A stretch of 62,757 bases of DNA, counting the filler, from Chiloscyllium plagiosum (taxonomy: Eukaryota): NCBI RefSeq assembly GCF_004010195.1. It is 8 parts of one record of this genome, joined end to end, with 100 filler letters (N's around TTAATTAATTAA, not from the genome) between each part and the next. Parts side by side here need not be neighbours in the genome. Positions count along the whole stretch, not along the records: positions 58,256 to 62,757 come from NC_057716.1; 7 more parts are not named here. One strand, given 5' to 3'. The notes under the pieces were generated by a model, which saw nothing but the letters and a program-made list of their open reading frames with translations, was not told the DNA's origin and made no database searches. Of the stretch, positions 59,791 to 62,757 are shown one piece after another. The position numbers were made by a program, and so were the translations under genes. The stretch's first letter is position 1. Every line of letters begins with the position of its first letter.

Positions 59791-62395
59791 TAGTATCAGG
59801 AATAAGCATGATGAACTCAGAGCATGGATTACTTGGAACTATGACATTGTGGCCATTACGGAGACTTGGGCATCACAGGGGCAGGTAATGTTGAGTTTTC
59901 TACAAGTCCCCATATAGCAACTGAGACAGGGAGGAGCAGATTGGGATGCAGATTTTGGAAATGTGTAGAGGTAACAGAGGTGGTGTCATGGATAACTTGA
60001 ACTTTCCTAATATTGATTGAAACGTATGGAGAGCATTTCGGTAATACTGATCACAACTCTTTTACTACGGTCATGGAGAGGGATAGGAACAGAGGGTATG
60101 GGTAAATATTTAATTGGGAGATAGGGAATTACAATGCTATTAGGCAGGAACTGGGGTATCTAAATTTGGAATAGATGTTCTCAGGGAAATGCACAATAGA
60201 AATGTTATTTAAGAAGCACCTGCTGGATAGGTTTGTCCCACTCCCATTGAGGCAAGGAAGGGATGGTAGGTTGAAAGAACCTTGGGTGACAAGGGACGTG
60301 GAACATCTAGTCAAGAGGATGAAAGAAGCTTACTTAAGGTTAAGGAGTTACAGGACTTTTGAGGGTTACAAGGCAGTTAGGAAGGAACTGAAGAATGGAC
60401 TTAGGAGAGCTAGAAGGGGGCATGAGAAAATTTTAGCGGTGAGGATTAAGGAAAACCCAAAGGCGTTCTAACTTGTGAGGAACAAGAAGATGTGGGGAAG
60501 GGCGGATCAGGGATACTGGAAGGAACTTGTGCCTGCAGCCGGAGGAAGTAGGGGAGGTCCTTAATGAATAATTTGCTTCAGTATTTACTACTGACAGGAA
60601 CCTTGACATTTCTGAGGAGAGTGTGAAATAGACTGATATACTGGAACAACCTGATATTAGGAAGGAGGATGTGCTGAAAATTTTGAAAAACATAAGGATA
60701 GATAAATCCCCAGGCTGGATGGAATTACTACCCTAGGTTACTACAGGAAGTGAGAGAAGACAATGCTGTGCCTTTGGTGATGTCTTTGTGTCCTCACTGT
60801 CCACTGGAGTAGTGCCAGATGATTGAAGGGTAGCAAATATTATTCCCTTGTTCACGAAAGGAACTAGGGATAATCTTCGGAATTACAGACCAGTCAGTCT
60901 TATGTCAGTGGTGCGCAAAGTATTGGAGAGGATTCTGAGAGACTGCATTTATGATTACTTGGAAAATCATACTTTGATTAGAAATAGTCAGCATGGCTTT
61001 GTAACGATTCCTGATGAAGGGCTTTTGCCCGAAATGTCGATTTTCCTGCTCCTCAGATGCTGCCTGACCTGCTGTGCTTTTCCATCACTACTCTAATTTT
61101 GACTCTGATCTCCAGCATCTGCAGTCCTCACTTTCACGATAGCTTTGTGAGTGGCAGGTCATGCCTCACAAACCTTATTCAATTCTTTGAAGATGTGATA
61201 AAACACGTTGATGAAGGTAGAGCATTGGATACGGTGTACATGGATTTTAGCAAGCCGTTTGATAAGGTTCCCCAGGGTAGGCTCATTCAGAAAGTAAGGA
61301 GGCATGGGATATGAGGAAACCTGTCTGTCTGGATACAGAATTGGTTGGCCTATAGAAGACAGAGGGAAGTGGTAGATGGAAAGTATTCAGCCTGGAGTTC
61401 TGTGACCACTGGTGTTCTGCAGTGATCGGTTCTGGGATCTCTGCTCTTTGATTTTTTTTAAAATGACTTGAATGAGGAAGTAGAAGAGTGGGTTAGTAAG
61501 TTTGCCAATGACACAAAGGTTGGTGGAATTGTGGATAGTGTGGAGAGCTGTTGTAGGTTGCAATGGGATATTGACAGGATGCAGAACTGGGCTGAGAAGT
61601 GGCAGATGCAGTTCAACCTGGAAAAGTGTGAAGTCATTCACTTTGGAAGGTTGAATTTGAATGCAGAATACAGGCAGGATTCTTGACAGTATGGAGGAAC
61701 AGAGTGATCTTGGAGTCCATGTCTATAGATCCCTCAAAGTTGCCATCCAGTTTGATAGGGTTGTTAAGAAGATGTATGGTGTGTGGGCTTTCATTAGCAG
61801 GGAGATTGAACCTAAGCGCTGTGAGGTTATGCTGCACCTCTATAAAGTCCTGGTTACACCATACTTAGAACATTGTGTTTAGTTCTGGTCACCTCATTTA
61901 TAAGAAAGATGTGGAAGCTTCAGAGAGGGGGCAGAGGAGATTTACCACGATGCTGCCTGGGCTGGATGGCATGTCTTCTGAAGAAAGGTTGAGGGAGCTG
62001 GGGCTTTTCTCCTTGGAGCTAAGAAGGATGAGAGGTGACTTGATAGAGGTGGACAAGATGTTGAGAGGCACAAATAGAGTGGACAACCAGAGACTTTTTC
62101 CCATAGCAGAAAGGTCTATCACAAGGAGACATAAATGTAAGGTAATTGGAGGAAGGTTTATGGGAGATGTCAGAGGTTGGTTCTTTACACAGAGAGTGAT
62201 GGGTGCATGGAATGCACTGCCAACAGTAGATTCAGATACATTAGGGATATTTAAGCGACTCTTAGATAGGCACATGGAAGTTAGTACAATGAAGGATATG
62301 TAGGTTAGTCTAATCTTAGAGTAGGATAAAAGGCCGGCACAACATAGAGGGCTGAAGGGGCCTAAACTGTGCTGTACCATTCTCTGTTCTATGTA
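59791..62395 (+). mobile_element. Near-full-length but disrupted CR1 ORF2 (APE to 3'UTR)
   Basis: NYDIVAITETW; IKENPKAF; NYRPVSLMSVV; DFSKPFDKVP; KFANDTK; ERLRELGLFSLE; many stops and frameshifts. Confidence 0.95.
61004..61138 (+). mobile_element. Single-arm PLE 3' end with hammerhead, inserted in CR1 RT
   Basis: attcCTGATGA(61011)agggcttttgcccGAAAtGTC; splits the QHGFV|SGRSC motif; TSD at(g/a)gctttgt 60993/61139. Confidence 0.85.
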
Positions 62396-62479
62396 ATACA
62401 GAACGTAAAGAAACATTCAGGAATTCTGCTTCAGGTATGACAGGCAAAGGCTAAACTATAGGTATACTGAATAAACTAG

Positions 62480-62757
62480 GAGGAGAAAGTGAGGACTGCA
62501 GATGCTGGAGATCAGAGCCGGAAATGTGTTGCTGGAAAAGCGCAGCAGGTCAGGCAGCATCCATGGAGCAGGAGAATCGACGTTTCGGACATGAGCCCTT
62601 CTTCAGGAATGAAGAAAATGTGTTCAGCAGGCTTAGATAAAAAGTAGGGAGGAGGGACTTGGGGGAGGGGCGTTGGGAATGCGATAGGTCAAGGAGGTCA
62701 AGGTGAGGGTGATAGGCCGGAGTGGGGGTGGGGGGCGGAGAGGTCAGGAAGAAGATT
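62480..62757 (-). mobile_element. PLE pLTR (family A) with tail and hammerhead, runs off the window
   Basis: rc attcCTGAAGAagggctcatgtccGAAAcGTC at 62579-62610. Confidence 0.85.

Noticed and set aside
55466..62395. Intact active CR1 element
   Set aside because: Several separate fragments in mixed orientation with stops, frameshifts, PLE insertions and a gap

Overview
Repeat-dense vertebrate genomic DNA, very probably from a shark, judged by the HE1-type V-SINEs, CR1 families and a typical elasmobranch 33-bp minisatellite. It contains several N gaps, seven of them artificial N44-TTAATTAATTAA-N44 linkers. I could not identify an intact host protein-coding gene, so the window reads as intergenic or deep intronic. 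Most of it is decayed CR1 LINEs, a second CR1-group LINE and its partner SINE, Rex1/Babar and L2 fragments, HE1 SINEs, putative solo LTRs and two tandem repeat families. The most notable signal is about 25 insertions derived from Penelope-like elements (PLEs), in four sequence families. Their termini carry minimal type-I hammerhead ribozyme motifs (CUGANGA-stemII-GAAA-palindromic stemIII-NUH). Several are ORF-less palindromes of about 200 bp with 14-17 bp target-site duplications, a one-sided 3' tail and a tail-to-pLTR base-paired stem. Also seen: a divergent pair of long-form CTCF motifs (4846-4922), overlapping splice-like signals at 7375-7483, and repeat-poor enhancer-like stretches (Pbx-Hox/Meis, TCF, SOX motifs). 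Family names rest on recalled motifs, not database searches, and repeat boundaries are approximate.
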